Shown one piece after another: positions 1 through 13,170 of a stretch of DNA of 64,000 nucleotides; within the stretch, counting starts at the first letter, position 1, and every line of letters begins with the position of its first letter. Origin of the DNA: Octopus sinensis (taxonomy: Eukaryota); assembly GCF_006345805.1 (NCBI RefSeq), contig NC_043001.1, positions 77,314,001 to 77,378,000 of the forward strand. The letters are read 5' to 3'. Under the pieces are notes generated by a model that was not told the DNA's origin, did no database searches, and worked only from the letters and a program-made list of their open reading frames with translations. The position numbers and the translations under genes were made by a program.

Positions 1-264
1 GGGGCAAACAGAGACGCACAAACATACACACACACACACGCACACGCATACACACATGCACGCACACACACACACACACACACATACACACACACATATA
101 TATATACGACGAGCTTCTTTCAAGTTTCCGTCTACCAAATCCAATCACAAGGCTTTGGTCGGCCCGAAGCCATTATAGAAGACACTTACACAAGGCCCTG
201 CACACTGGGACTGAACCCGTAACCATGTAGTTGGTAAGGAAGCTACTTACCACACAGCCGCTCC
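1..264 (-). mobile_element. tRNA-derived SINE family A (runs off window start)
   Basis: The minus strand reads GGAGCGGCTGTGTGGTAAG (A box) ... GGTTCAGTCCC (B box), followed by an internal (TG)n/(TA)n tract. It matches copies at 18.4, 51.5 and 55.9 kb. Confidence 0.85.
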
Positions 265-332
265 ATATTTATATGATGAAGGTGAATTCTCTTGTGAACT
301 ATAAAAGAGGGTTCAGTAAGATAAAGCGTTAA

Positions 333-600
333 TCATGTTCTATAGACACAAATGTGTCTCTTGAGGCCTACCGGTGCCTTGCAAACCTTTTGGCAAATGG
401 AACAAGTTGAGGACTCGGTTTGCTTGAGCGCTTGTGAATAATTCACTTTGTGTTTTCTGGAGTGGATGGGCAAGGCCTGCTTTGCTTCGTGCCACAAGAC
501 CACAACTACAGGTAATGTTTCCATTTTGAGGAGCAGCGTTTTTCCAGCGTACCTTCATGCTTGCACGAAGATGATCCCGATGCTGGAGTCAAATTTGCTG
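333..600 (-). mobile_element. RTE-type LINE 3' end with C2H2 zinc-finger remnants
   Basis: Frameshifted ITCSCGLVARSKAGL and TCSICQKVCKAPVGLKRHI. A similar remnant lies at 40.9 kb. Confidence 0.55.
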
Positions 601-719
601 AAATATTTGAACTGAGGAGCAGCAGAACTGTAACTAGTTCCTGCGTTCTGATGCTTTGTTTTTCCCAGGAAGAACAGGGAATGTTGCATCGCTTCACATT
701 GTTTTTTAGTTTGTCTTTT

Positions 720-920
<201 letters not shown>

Positions 921-1794
921 AATTCTTCTTGTTTCATATCACTCAGCACAGACACTGCTTTCTCCTTCTACTTTTGTAAAATGTGAAAAAGAGAGAATCA
1001 AAGAAAAAAGTGTCTTGGTATCTTATACTCTCTCTCTCTGTGGTCCCTCTGTGTGTGTGTGTGTATATATGTAATACTAGAGAATTTGAGAATTACACAT
1101 CTGCACATGTGTATCCTGTATCTGTAGATGTAGGTCACCAAGTCATTCGGACAATTAATATTATTTGATAAGTTTTGGAAACGCAATTTTTATAGTGCTA
1201 TTTCAAATTAGCGGCTTTCAGCTGTCAGCGATTTGTTGATGAACATTTGATGAAGAATAAACACAAGTCATAGTAAAAAATATACAGAAACGTAGCGTGT
1301 AAAGAATATTTGAAAAAATGTAAATACAAAAAGAAATGTTATTAATAATAAGCGAAAGATGAATTAAAGACAAATTAGATAATATAACAAAGTAACGTGT
1401 ATTGTTTGAAAAAAAAGTGTAAAATGAAATGGCTGCCGAAATGAAAGTAAACATGCGTTTTGGATTATAGATGCACATGTGTTTCATATTATGCCGTCTA
1501 AAGAAAACATCGTTTTTATATCATTAACGTAGACCACCCATATCAGGCATACATATACTGGTGTATGTTTAAATGATATACTTAAAAGATAAATGAGTAT
1601 ATCTTGTTTAATTTTTGTATATATTTTGTACGGAAGAGAAATTACATCAACTTCCATCTCACTTTAATACTAGAGAGAAAGAAAAAACAAAAATGAAATA
1701 AATATTTCGGAGGTGTATTTGGCAGGAAAGTGATGTGATCTGAAACTGTATGTTGTAACTAAGACTAAAACTTTCTGAAATTTAGGCTGTGCAA

Positions 1795-2030
1795 ATAATT
1801 TGCCACCGAAGAGAAAGAGAAACGTGAGGCCCTCAATAGAGTGAAGAAACAACTTACAGGCCACGAAATGGAATATTTCAAACACGTATTCCGACAGGAA
1901 TGTAACTTTTTGGAACAGATGCATACAACACGTTTAGAAAAAGCTAACATGGGCTATACAACTACCAAACAATCAACTTGGAGGACTTGATACGATTGGT
2001 GCGGTTTCGTTGAAATCATGGATGAGAACT
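1795..2030 (+). mobile_element. Degenerate RTE-like LINE C-terminal fragment
   Basis: One frame reads EALNRVKKQLTGHEMEYFKHVFRQECNFLEQM, resembling the RTE post-RT 'YFGHxxR' region. Confidence 0.35.
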
Positions 2031-2249
2031 AACAGAAAATATGAGTGTGCGATGGAGTACATCTAAACTTGTAGCACTAGAACTTCCCTCTGGTTTGCTG
2101 TCCTCTCCACGCAATTTTTAATAAATAAAGTATATGAAATATAATTAATTTCAATCCATCGTGACATGCCTAAGTTGATCTGCACTGATTTCAAGGCTTA
2201 CCCCGTAAATGCATAATGCACGGCATATGATGTAACACACTGAATTTAA

Positions 2250-2480
2250 GGCGGCGATCTGGCAGAAACATTAGCACGCCGGGCGAAAGGCTTAGCGGTA
2301 TTTCGTCCGCCGCTGCTTTCTGAGTTCAAATTCCGCCGTGGTCGACTTTGCCTTTCATCCTTTCGGGGTCGATTAAATAAGTACCAGTTACGCACTGGGG
2401 TCGATGTAATTTACTTAATCCGTTTGTTTGTCCTTGTTTGTCCCCTCTATGTTTAGCTCCTCGTGGGCAATAAAGAAATA
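2250..2480 (+). mobile_element. SINE family B, full-length
   Basis: GGCGGCGA.CTGGCAGAA head, GAGTTCAAATTCC B box, GCCTTTCATCCTTTCGGGGTCGA core and AAAGAAATA end. Many copies are present in the window. Confidence 0.9.
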
Positions 2481-2643
2481 AGACTGAATAAGTGAATAGC
2501 AGAAGGCATGAGGTGTAATTTCAGTGATTCACTCATACTCCAGCGTTCCTTTTCAACATATTATAGAGAAAACCATAAGATTCATTGCAAGAAACCTTTT
2601 GCTATGAGCTCTTCCGTTTATTACATACATGCACAAACAGGGT

Positions 2644-2874
2644 TATTTCTTTACTACCCAGAAGGGGCTAAACACAGAGGGGACGAACAAGGACAGCCAA
2701 AGGGATTAAGTCGATTATATCGACTCCAGGGCATAACTGGTACTTATTTAATCGACCCCGAAAGGATGAAAGGCAAAGTCGACCTCGGCGGAATTTGAAC
2801 TCAGAACGTAGCGGCAGACGAAATACGGCTAAGCATTTCGCCCGGCGTGCTAACGTTTCTGCCAGCTCGCCGCC
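2644..2874 (-). mobile_element. SINE family B, full-length
   Basis: Reverse complement of the 2250 copy. Confidence 0.9.
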
Positions 2875-2934
2875 TTTATTGCACAATACCACCTTACTAA
2901 TACTTCAAAACAAGTATCGTTCATCTTCGTAGCA

Positions 2935-3075
2935 GTACGGTTTAGAAATTCGCTTTGCAACCACGTTGCATCGGGTTCAGTCCCACTGCACGGCACCTTG
3001 GGCGAGACTCTCCTATTATAGCGCCGGACGGTCGAGTGCTTTGTGAGTGAATTTGATAGACGACAACAGAGAGCC
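2935..3075 (+). mobile_element. SINE A head, degenerate
   Basis: GGGTTCAGTCCCACTGCACGGCACCTTGGGC ... GTGAGTGAATTTGATAGACG. Confidence 0.7.
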
Positions 3076-3123
3076 AGGCTTTGACGTGACGTATATAATA
3101 AAAGTCTGTTTAAAATTTGACAA

Positions 3124-3226
3124 GTTTAAAACTTTACCTGGTGATGGTGGATTGTATATAACGATGCAATCTTTTTATGACGGCATAAAATAAAACTTAC
3201 CGAAACAGGTGTCGTAAATTTTAAAC
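3124..3226 (+). ncRNA. Type I hammerhead ribozyme motif (A6G variant) with branched stem II
   Basis: Stem I GTTTAAAAcTTTAC/GTAAATTTTAAAC; core CTGGTGA at 3138-3144; stem II GGTGG/TTACC; GAAA at 3202-3205; stem III AC-aggt-GT; GUC triplet at 3211-3213. Confidence 0.75.
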
Positions 3227-3254
3227 GCCATTTGTGGTTTATTTTATACATACA

Positions 3255-3360
<106 letters not shown>

Positions 3361-3405
3361 TATATATATATATAAAATGATATGTTACATTTTACTCAAT
3401 AGTCA

Positions 3406-3468
3406 AGATAAAACTCTGAGTTTCAGAAGCCGAAGTAGAAATCCACAACACCATCTCTTCGGTTATCT
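3406..3468 (-). ncRNA. Hammerhead-like motif (CCGAAGA core) in inverted PLE terminal repeat
   Basis: Minus strand AGATAA-CCGAAGA-[decayed stem II]-GAAA-CTCAGAG-TT-TTATCT, with a perfect 6-bp stem I. Confidence 0.6.
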
Positions 3469-3780
3469 GGCCATCCGAAAATCGCTATGAAAAAATACCG
3501 TTATATAAAGGGAAATTACTGTGTTATAATTCTGCTCGCGAACCCACGTGCGTACTTATACTTCACTATGAAAACGTACACATCTTCACTCGCATTTTTC
3601 GCCAAATATATACGCATATATATACAAACTCATACACACACATGCGTACCGTAAAAGTTCATACATACGTCTATATACGCACAAGCACATACGGCTAATC
3701 ATTTCGCCCGGCGTGCTAACGTTTCTGCCAGCTCGCCGCCTTTATTGCACAATACCACCGTACTAATACTTCAAAACCGC

Positions 3781-4233
3781 TAATACAAATGGACCAGCAC
3801 ACGATCGTTTTAGGAAGGATATTATCCAATTAATGAAATACTTCGGACTTAGTATAACTATAGATACTAACCTGACGGTTGTCAATTTCCTAGACGTTTC
3901 CTTACATCTAAATAAGAATATTTATAAGCCTTATTGGAAGCCCAATGATAAACTTAGTTATATTAATGTAGGTTCATACTATCCCCCTATAGTATCCAAA
4001 AATTTTGTTAAAAATATTAGTAAGAGAATTTCTAGCCTCTCCTCCGATAAGGATATTTTTAATAGCGTTGCCCCAGTTTATAATAAGGCTTTAAAAGATA
4101 GTGGTTTTAGCGAAAAAATAAAATATACACCTGTTACTAGCCCAACAGTAAAGAAGAGGAAAAATAGAAATAGGAAGATCATCTGGTTTACACCCCCTTA
4201 CTCACCTGAGGTGACCTTCAATATAGGTAAATC
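3781..4233 (+). mobile_element. Penelope-like element RT C-terminal/linker fragment
   Basis: ORF 3833-4255: VVNFLDVSL, YKPYWKPNDKLSYINVGSYYPP, RKIIWFTPPYS are typical PLE motifs. Confidence 0.85.
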
Positions 4234-6074
4234 TTTTATCTTGACTATTGAGTAAATGTAACATATTTTATAGATAAACTTCCTCTATTTACATAATATT
4301 GAGGTCTTTTTCTTTCTTTTGTTATCTTACCGTTTTTACCAATATATATATATATATTATATATATATATATATATATAATATATATATATATAGATATA
4401 TATATATATATATATATATATACGGATAAAAGAAATAGTAAAATATGATTAATGAATAAAGACTAATATGAACAATGACGAAAAGTTATCAAATATAATT
4501 AACAAGCTGAGAATAACAAGGAGAATAATAAAATGATTAATGAATGGAAACTAATGCAACTATTGATTAGAGAACATAACGGAAAATTGCAAAGTAAGAG
4601 AGATATTAATTTCTTCAATATATAGGAACAACAAACAAAAATGACGAAATTGTGATTAACGAATTAAGATTAACTTGAATAAAGATTAATGAATAATAAA
4701 GTGACAATAGCTGTAAAGGTGTTTTCAAGAGTGTTTTAAACATTAAAAAAATATATAAAAAAATGAATATAGAATAATGTATAACGGGAATGAAATTAGG
4801 AGTAAAGACTAATAAAGCAGGAACAATAAAAGTCTTTGAAGAATATTGAAATCTCAAAGATTCCATTGTTCTGTGAACGGAATGGTCGTTCACTAGAATT
4901 GGATTTTCCCTTTGATGTATCAATATTCTATTGGAAGCAATGTTATTGATAAGCTAAATGCGTACACTCTCATTCCCACACATATATGTACATGCATATA
5001 CACACACTTATATAGAATTTATTACATATACTTACATACATACAAACATAAACCAGATGAAGCCTTCTCGTAGCTGATACATGTGCTAGAAACAGCAACC
5101 AAATCTCACTAAATTTATTTACTACCATCTTACGTATGGAAATAATACATCCAATAATACATCAGGTGGCCAGGATTAAAAAGCATCTAATCATGGGTAT
5201 AATCAATCAGGACTGACCTGGGGCTGAACAACAACAATATTAACGAACTCATACAGAGTTGATTCGTATTATTTCAGTTAATAAGAGCCTCATTGAACTG
5301 TTAATAGATAACCAGGTTTTGAAAACGGATGATCAGGTCCCTCTGTTTTTCTGGTCGAGAGAGCACTATGCTAGGTTGGTTCAATCGTGATTCTTACCCC
5401 CCCCCCCAAAAAAACCATGTTACATATTAAGTATTATAATAAAGATTTTATTATTTTTTTTGTTGCCGAGCTCGTATCATCATCCGGTGTGTGTTTGTGT
5501 TTATCTTACAATATGTGAGGTTTAAGTAGATGAGGAACAAACCTACTTCACTCCTGAATAAGTTTCTAGGTTATTGTAAGTGGGTTTTGTCTTTGTAAAT
5601 CAAGAATGGTACTTTACTTCAACAAAATACTTGCACGTGCTGTTGCTGCAATTGGCGCAACATTAGATCATGATGTCATTTTGTAAATGAAGTTCCCCTT
5701 ACAAATGAAAGAAAAAGCAAAACAACTGTACTGTTTAGAAAATGTTGTTTGATAACGGTAAGAGTGCTTCTCTCTGCCCTGATTTTAAGTTGGTCATTTC
5801 TTGTTATTGATGAGTGCTGGTTGCAGGAAGCCATTAGATATGGATTAGTAGCTATAGTTATTACAAACACATACAATAGATCCTATATTCTTTAAGCAAA
5901 AGAGTGTACTGGGCATTTTTGATGTGTTTGTGCAACATAACGATATACTATCGTTGCTATTCTCAGTTGAGAGCTATCAATGGATATAAATATTAAATAT
6001 AAACGCGGATTACAAACAAGAAGAAAGAACAAAACAGAAAGAATAAAACAAAGAATAAAACAGAAAGAATAAAA

Positions 6075-6590
6075 CAGAACTACTTGATAAAGATATTCCT
6101 ATTCCACTTCTGAAAGTCTATTTACTCTTCGAGCAAATGGAAAGTTTGATAAAGCGTATGCGATGGAAGGCTTACGACAACGATAAAGGCATGAAGAAGA
6201 GGACCAGGCACGGGGAACACGACCTTAGATTCAAATGCCGGAAATGTTCATCTGAAAACAAAGACTCAGATGCCTTTGAAAATGTCCACATTTATTTAAT
6301 CAAGAATAAAATATTCAGAAGCAGAATCAATAATTTTTAACATAAGCTAAGCTAGAATATAAACACAATAAAATTCCCTAAAAACGTGTTCGTATTTGCT
6401 GAGAAAACAAGGAAATCTGTGAGTTAAGTAAAGATTCCTACAACAACAACTTATACAATGACGCCATAGTTTCCTACAAAACATCTAAGAGTGGCTTATC
6501 GAAAGAAATCAAGTGAAAAGCACAACACACAGCTACAAACATAAAATCTCAGTAATACTAGAATGACATAATAAAATACAAGACTTCATT
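6075..6590 (+). mobile_element. Penelope-like element N-terminal fragment
   Basis: KDIPIP ... ESLIKRMRWKAY ... VFVFAEKT (PLE 'ADK' region), with stops and frameshifts. Confidence 0.7.
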
Positions 6591-6825
6591 GATCCATAAA
6601 ACTGTAGATGGTTATTTGATCTATTAGAAATGGCTGCCAAATCTGCATCGAATCACATACTAACGTCTCAAAATAAAAGGACGCTTTAGAAATGCAATCC
6701 TAGAAACTCTGCGTTTGCAAAAAAAAAAGAGAAAAAAAAAGGAAAAAAGGGACTCTATAGTCGTAACTGAGAAGTGTAGTCATAGAACCAACTGATCACC
6801 GTTGACCTGTAGTTAAATAACAACT

Positions 6826-7232
6826 CCACCAGCAGCAGCAGTAGCAGCAGCAGTGGCTGCAGCAGCAGCACCACCACCACCAGCACCGCCGCCATCACTG
6901 CCGCCGCCACCACTGCCACCGCCACCACTGCCGTCGCCACCGCCGCTGCCGCTTCTGCCGCCGCTTCCGCCGCTGCCGCTTCTTCTGCCGCTGCCGCTTC
7001 TTCTGCCGCCGCTGCCGCTGTTGCTGCCGCTGTTGCTGCCGCTGTTGCTGCCGCTGTTGCTGCCGCTGTTGCTGCCGCTGTTGCTGCCGCTGTTGCTGTC
7101 GCTGTTGCTGCCGCTGTTGCTGCCGCTGTTGCTGCCTCTGTTGCTGCTGCTGCTGCCGCTGCTGCCGCCGCTTTTGCTGCTGCTGCAGCTCCTGCCACTG
7201 CTGTCACAACTGCCGCTGCTGCTGCTTTGCCG
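6826..7232. repeat. GC-rich trinucleotide/12-mer repeat (GCTGCCGCTGTT)n
   Basis: CAG/CAC/GCC triplets grade into a regular 12-bp unit around 7010-7150. Confidence 0.9.
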
Positions 7233-7654
7233 TCACCAAGACACTTCAGTCAGGGAGGATGGGGCATTGCCTGTGAATATTACCAGATTGGTAAATCGAG
7301 CGTGCGATATCAGTAGTCAGGGGATCTGTTCCAAAGTTTGATTAGTAACCCTATGAAGATCCTTCTGTACCAGAGCCTTGTGGTATAAACAGTAGAAGAA
7401 ACGAAGAAATCGAATGGCAAGATCACCGAGAGGTTGAATGTATTCCACTAATGGTGTTTATGCAGAATGCTCAAGATCACTTCCAGAGATAAAATCACAA
7501 ACTCTGAAGCTCTGAGAAGATCCAACTTGTGCTGCTTGCTGGAGACTGTGGCGGAAAGAAACGGGAAACGTAGTGGTCATGTTTTCGGACTGTGAGAAGA
7601 ACAAATAACCATGACGGCTAAACAATGAGTACCAACCAAAGAAAGACAAAAGAG

Positions 7655-7720
<66 letters not shown>

Positions 7721-7760
7721 CCAAAGAAGATCAGGTGCACCACCTTCAGAGGAGATCTGA

Positions 7761-7820
7761 TGCGACGATACAGACGACAATGCGACGATACAGACGACAA
7801 TGTTACGATACAGACGTCAA
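7761..7820. repeat. 20-bp tandem repeat x3
   Basis: TGCGACGATACAGACGACAA twice plus one variant copy. Confidence 0.9.
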
Positions 7821-8575
7821 TGCTCAAAGCCGGGATTATTGGAGACATCTTGTATCCCGGATTACAGGAAAACTGTACAGGAGGAAATAAGACTGAAACT
7901 TAGATTGGTGCCATTGATTTGGTGCCATTTATTGTTGGTATAAGTCTGTACTGATGTTAAAATGAAATTTATTGTGAAGGTCAAATTGATTTGGATTTCA
8001 AGTTTCGCCTATCTGCCTGTTCTACCAGTTAAATAAACTTTGCTTGCTCATGTGCATGTATTAGGACGATAGGCTCATTTAAAAAAAAAAACAAAAGAAA
8101 ACGAAACCCCGAAGTTCTTGGTGTCGTTGAATTAACATAATTAATACAAACATATGCTACTTTGTTATCGGTAGTCTCGCAGGCCAAGGAAAATAGATCA
8201 TGGGTGATACCCTTCCACTTAATCAGACATACAATAACCAATACTATTTAGAAGCAACATAAACCCAAAATAACTTCCGATATTTAATCAATAGAATACA
8301 GAAGTGGTTACCGAATAGTTTAATGGCGTCGAAAAAACACAGATCAATATGCATCCAACTCTAATCAGTGACTGTCAAAAATCATTAAAATATTTCTAAT
8401 TTGATTAAACAATAAAAAATAAAAGGCAACACAAGATGGCCTGAATATTATTACATAATGAAGGTCGTCTTTTTATTCTGTAAATGGAGACAGTTAAGGT
8501 GGAGTAAAAAGTTGTAATGTTATGAGGGAAGGCTTTGGTGGGACAAATACTCGGTACAAGTACTCTAAGCTTAAA

Positions 8576-8716
8576 GGCACGTGGCCTTGTGGTTTAGAGC
8601 ATTACACTTACGATTGTATGGTCGTAGTTTCGATTTTTAAACCGGGTGGTATCCTGTGTTCTTGAGCAAAACACTTCATTTCACGTTGCTCCAGTTTACC
8701 CAGCTGTAAATGAGCT
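8576..8716 (+). mobile_element. tRNA-derived SINE family C, 5' part
   Basis: GGCACGTGGCCTTGTGG A box, TTCGATT B box, TTGAGCAAAACACTTCATTTCACGTTGCTCCAG core. Confidence 0.7.
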
Positions 8717-8924
8717 CCCGAACAATTGACATTACGACTGACCGCCGTAAAAAAAAGTTCCTTGATGTATCAGGCTACGAGTCACATAGAATGTGTGGTC
8801 CGATACAATAGAAAAACATTGGGAGTGTATAAATTATAAATAATTTCCAGATGTATCTTCAGTAATACGATCAGTTTTCGTTGTAAAACTGTGTCTGGTA
8901 GCCGATATTGTAGACGCACTTTAC

Positions 8925-9523
8925 AAAGCAAAATCAAACATCCAATCAGCATCATGGTGTTTGGAGTGATTGGTAGCGATGGCGACGTTATGCCTCCATT
9001 CATCTTCCCACACGGCCTCAAAATCAACACGAGACCTACATAAAGGGTCTGGAGCAAGTAGTACTGCCCTGGGTGAAGAGGGTTGCTGCTGGAAAAAATG
9101 TATGTCTAGCAACAGGACCCTGCATCATACCACACGAGCAGCAGAACTCAGTTATAGCTGTTGTCAGACAATTTCTGTACCACATCACCCCTAACATCTG
9201 GCCACCTAACTCCCCAGACTGCAACCCCCTTTATTACGTGTGGGGTGCATTTGTGCGAGAGACCAACAAAACTCCTTGTAACACCAAAGATGAACTGAAG
9301 GCAAAGATTATGGCAGCATTCACCAACTTAAAAAGGGAAACCACCCAGAAGAGTTGTAGGAGATTCTGAAGTCATCTGGAGATCGTGGTTGAAGCCATTG
9401 GCAATTTCATTGGATAAATTTACTCTTTAGTATGTAATTTTGCTTGGTATATCTATTAAAATAAGATGTCAGTGTTATTTTTATTTTTGCGTAATTTAGA
9501 CAATTTAATCATCGTTCACTGTG
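8925..9523 (+). mobile_element. Tc1/mariner DD37D (maT-like) 3' half
   Basis: KHPISIMVFGVI, PFIFPHGL, QQD ... WPPNSPDCNPL. Same family as 61822-63187. Confidence 0.85.
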
Positions 9524-9529
9524 TATCTT

Positions 9530-9741
9530 TTATCTTTTATCTGTTTCAGTCATTAGACTGCAATTCTCATGAGGCACCTCCTTGAAGAAATTTCAGTTTG
9601 GCGATTCGACCAAACTATCTAATTTTTTCAAAGCCTGACACTTATTCTATCGACTTTTTGTCGAACCGCTATGTTATCGGTATGTAAACTCAAACACCAG
9701 TAGTCAATTGGTATTGGTGGTAGCGGGGGACGAAGGGACAA

Positions 9742-9788
<47 letters not shown>

Positions 9789-9925
9789 ACACACACACAT
9801 AACGGGCGTCTTTCATTTTCCGTCTACCAAATCTACTCAAGGATTTGGTCGGCCCGAGGCTACAGTAGAAGACACGTTCCCAAAGTGCCACGCAGTGGAA
9901 CCGAACCCAAAACCATGTGAATGGG
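9530..9925 (-). mobile_element. SINE A with internal (CA)n
   Basis: TTTCAGTCATTAGACTGC 3' part and TTTCCGTCTACCAAAT ... GAACCC head. Confidence 0.8.
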
Positions 9926-10061
9926 AAGCATGGAGTGGGCTTGCAAGCAAAACACAAATCACACCCGCAAACATACATGCACACATACGTGTGTGCAGAT
10001 ATCGTATATGAATGCCTGACTTGTTGAGGAATGCAAGAAAATGCGGGTGTGTGTGTGTGAT

Positions 10062-10096
<35 letters not shown>

Positions 10097-10734
10097 CAAA
10101 GAGGTAAAAGACAAAGAGAGAGAGAGAGAGAGCGCGTGAAAAACAGGGCGGGGAAGAGAAGGAGAGAGAGGGAAAGAGATAGATTATGTTCCCAGTTGCA
10201 AATTCCAAGAGAACAGACATCTTTCTTCACTAATTTTCATAATTTATGTAGATGCTGACATTATTCTGTCTGCGCATGCAGTAACGTTCAGTCACACGCA
10301 AACTGGAAAATACACGTAAAAACGCAAAACACACACACACGTACATACACGCACAAACACACACACACACACGCACAGAAGCACACACACACATACACAA
10401 ACAAACACGCAAGCATGCATTTACATACAGGCAAACGCACCCATCATGTAAACTGGTATATATTCAGAGAAAATAAAGGAAACATCAGCTGCAGGCACCG
10501 ACTTATACGCGTCTCTGCAGGCATAAATTAGGAAAAACATACAGAGACCAGCGCTTGTGTGTGTGTGTGTGTGTGTGTTGGTGTGTGTGTGTGTGTGTGT
10601 GAGTGTGTGTCTGTGCGTGCGTGTGTATGTACACATACATATACGTTATCATATATATATATGTTTACACATACACACACACACATATATCTATATCAAC
10701 ATATATCAATATATATATATATATATATATATTC

Positions 10735-10886
10735 TTTTATTCTTTTATTTGTTTCCATTATTTGACTGCTGCTATGCTGCAGCACCGACTTTTGAAGGGC
10801 AATTCGACCCCAGGACTTATTCTTTGTAAGCCAAGTACTTATTCTGTCGGTCTGTTTTGTTCAACCGCTAGGTTACAGTGACGTAA
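10735..10886 (-). mobile_element. SINE A 3' part abutting truncated mariner
   Basis: GACCCCAGGACTTATTCTTTGTAAGCC matches the 18.4 kb copy. Confidence 0.75.
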
Positions 10887-11731
10887 TCGACAAGGGAAGT
10901 GGCAGAGAAAATGGAATGCTCTCACACTGCTATAGAGAAGCATCTTCACTCGATAGGAGAGGTTCAGAAGTATACAGTATGGGTTCCGCATGCTTTAAGT
11001 GACAACAACAAAAATCAATGAGCCACAATCTCCGCTGGTTTGCTTGCTCGTCACCGCTCAACTCATGGTCACAAGCAACGATTTCTTTACCGAATTGTTA
11101 CTGGCGACGAAAAATGATGCCTGTACATCAATATGAAGCAGCGTAAGGAATGGCTTAGCCCCGGTAAACAAGCGACACCGCGAGTGAAACATGATCTTCA
11201 TCCACGTAAAACGATGTTGCGCGTATAGTGAGACTGGGAAGGAATTATCCATTACGAATTGCTTCAACGGAACCAAACGGTCAACGCGGAAGTCCATGTT
11301 CGACAGATGGAACGACTCAACACGGCTATTCAAGAGAAAAGACTTAACTCTCAGCATGGGGTTCTTCTGCTGCACGACAACGCCCGCCCTTATATCGCCA
11401 ATATGATCAAGGAAGCCATTGAAACGCATGGCTGGGAAGTGCTGCCACGCCCGCCGTACTCTCCTGATATAGCACCAACGGATTTCCACCTCTTACGATC
11501 TCTTTCAAATGATATGCGTGGAGTTTCGTTCATTACTGATGCAGAATTGAGAGCTTGGTTGGATCAATTTTTCGAGTGAAAATCGAGGAATTGAAAATTT
11601 TGTTAAACGTTAGGAAGAAGTTATAAACAAGAGTGAATACATTATTGATTAATTAATTGTTAGTTTTTATTAAACCTTTTAAAAAATTGAAATAAAAAAA
11701 AAACGGCGGTAACTTAGTTGCCAACTCAATA
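10887..11731 (+). mobile_element. mariner (DD34D) element, 5'-truncated pseudogene
   Basis: WVPHAL, IVTGDEK, HDNARP, YSPDIAPTDFHL motifs and right TIR AAAACGGCGGTAACTTAGTTGCCAACTCAATA. Confidence 0.92.
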
Positions 11732-11751
11732 ACATATATACATATACATAC

Positions 11752-11827
<76 letters not shown>

Positions 11828-11983
11828 TATGTATATACATATATATATTCATATATATTAATATATATATATATATATATAAATATACATATATTTATAC
11901 ATTATATATATATAATATATATTATATATAATATATATATATAGTATACATATATACATATATATACCGATATAACCAATATA

Positions 11984-12158
11984 TATTTCTTTACTACCCA
12001 CAAGGGGCTAAACAAAGAGGAGACCAACAAGGACAGACAGACGGATTAAGTCGATTATATCGACCCCAGAGCGTAACTGGTACTTAATTTATCGACCCCG
12101 AAAGGATGAAAGGCAAAGTCGACCTCGGCGGAATTTGAACTCAGAACGTATCGGCAGA
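11984..12158 (-). mobile_element. SINE B, 5'-truncated, in (TA)n
   Basis: Matches the 3' portion of family B. Confidence 0.85.
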
Positions 12159-12238
12159 ACGTACGTATATATACATATATATACGTACATACATATATAT
12201 ATACATCATATGTACATATACACATATATTTATATATA

Positions 12239-12295
<57 letters not shown>

Positions 12296-12749
12296 AAATC
12301 TCTGAGCGAGGTATAAACAGTAGCTGTAAGACATCGTGAAGTATATTTACTACTTAATGTGGATAACCCTTAAGGGTTGATGCTAATGTAGCTTGTAGCC
12401 CCAAGAAGACACCTCCTCCAGCTGGCTATTGACACACAGAAAATGTTAAACTGGTACTATTTCACTGACCCCGAAAATACAGAAGGAAAAGTAGATTTCA
12501 GCGGAATTTGAACTCAGAGCATTAAGATAGACTAAGTGCCGCTGAGCATTCTGCTCGGCGTGCTAACGATCCTGCTTTCATTTGCACCAATATTATAAAT
12601 TTCCCCAATCTGACCATGAATACATCTATCATAACCACTATAGTGGGATTGACGTCTATACTCCTCCTGTTCCTCTTGCACTTCCTCCTATTCATTCTCG
12701 TCATTATTGTCGCCAATGTCAGGACCATAACGAGGCTGATAATGACAAA

Positions 12750-13170
12750 GATGATGATGCCAATGATGATGATGATGATGGCGATGATTGCGATAATGAT
12801 GTTGATGCTGATGAATTGTAGGGAGGGTGCAGAAGAAGACGAGGAGGGGGCGGAGGATAACAACGGCGTTGACGACGACTTCATCATCGCCGTCATCAAA
12901 AGTAACATCTTTTCCTCCTCCTTCCCCTTCTCCTCCTCCTCCTCCTGCTCCCCTTCCTCCTCCTCCTCCTCTCCTCCTCCTCTTCCTTATCATCACCGTC
13001 ATCATCATCAACATCATCATTCACTTCATCTTCACCATGATCATCTCATTCATCAAGATTACAACGATGATGATGTTGTGACTGTGGTGGGTATTGTCCA
13101 TAATGATGACGATGATGATGATGATGATGATTCTGATGATGATGATGATGATCATTATCATCATCATCAT
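12750..13170. repeat. Mixed trinucleotide low-complexity (GAT/CCT/CAT)
   Basis: Directly visible. Confidence 0.9.

Noticed and set aside
6755-7341. Poly-Ala and Pro/Leu ORFs
   Set aside because: They come from a trinucleotide/12-mer repeat open on both strands, with no domain or splice support.
7215-7640. Complex, coding-like sequence
   Set aside because: No recognisable motif. It is probably an unidentified TE fragment.
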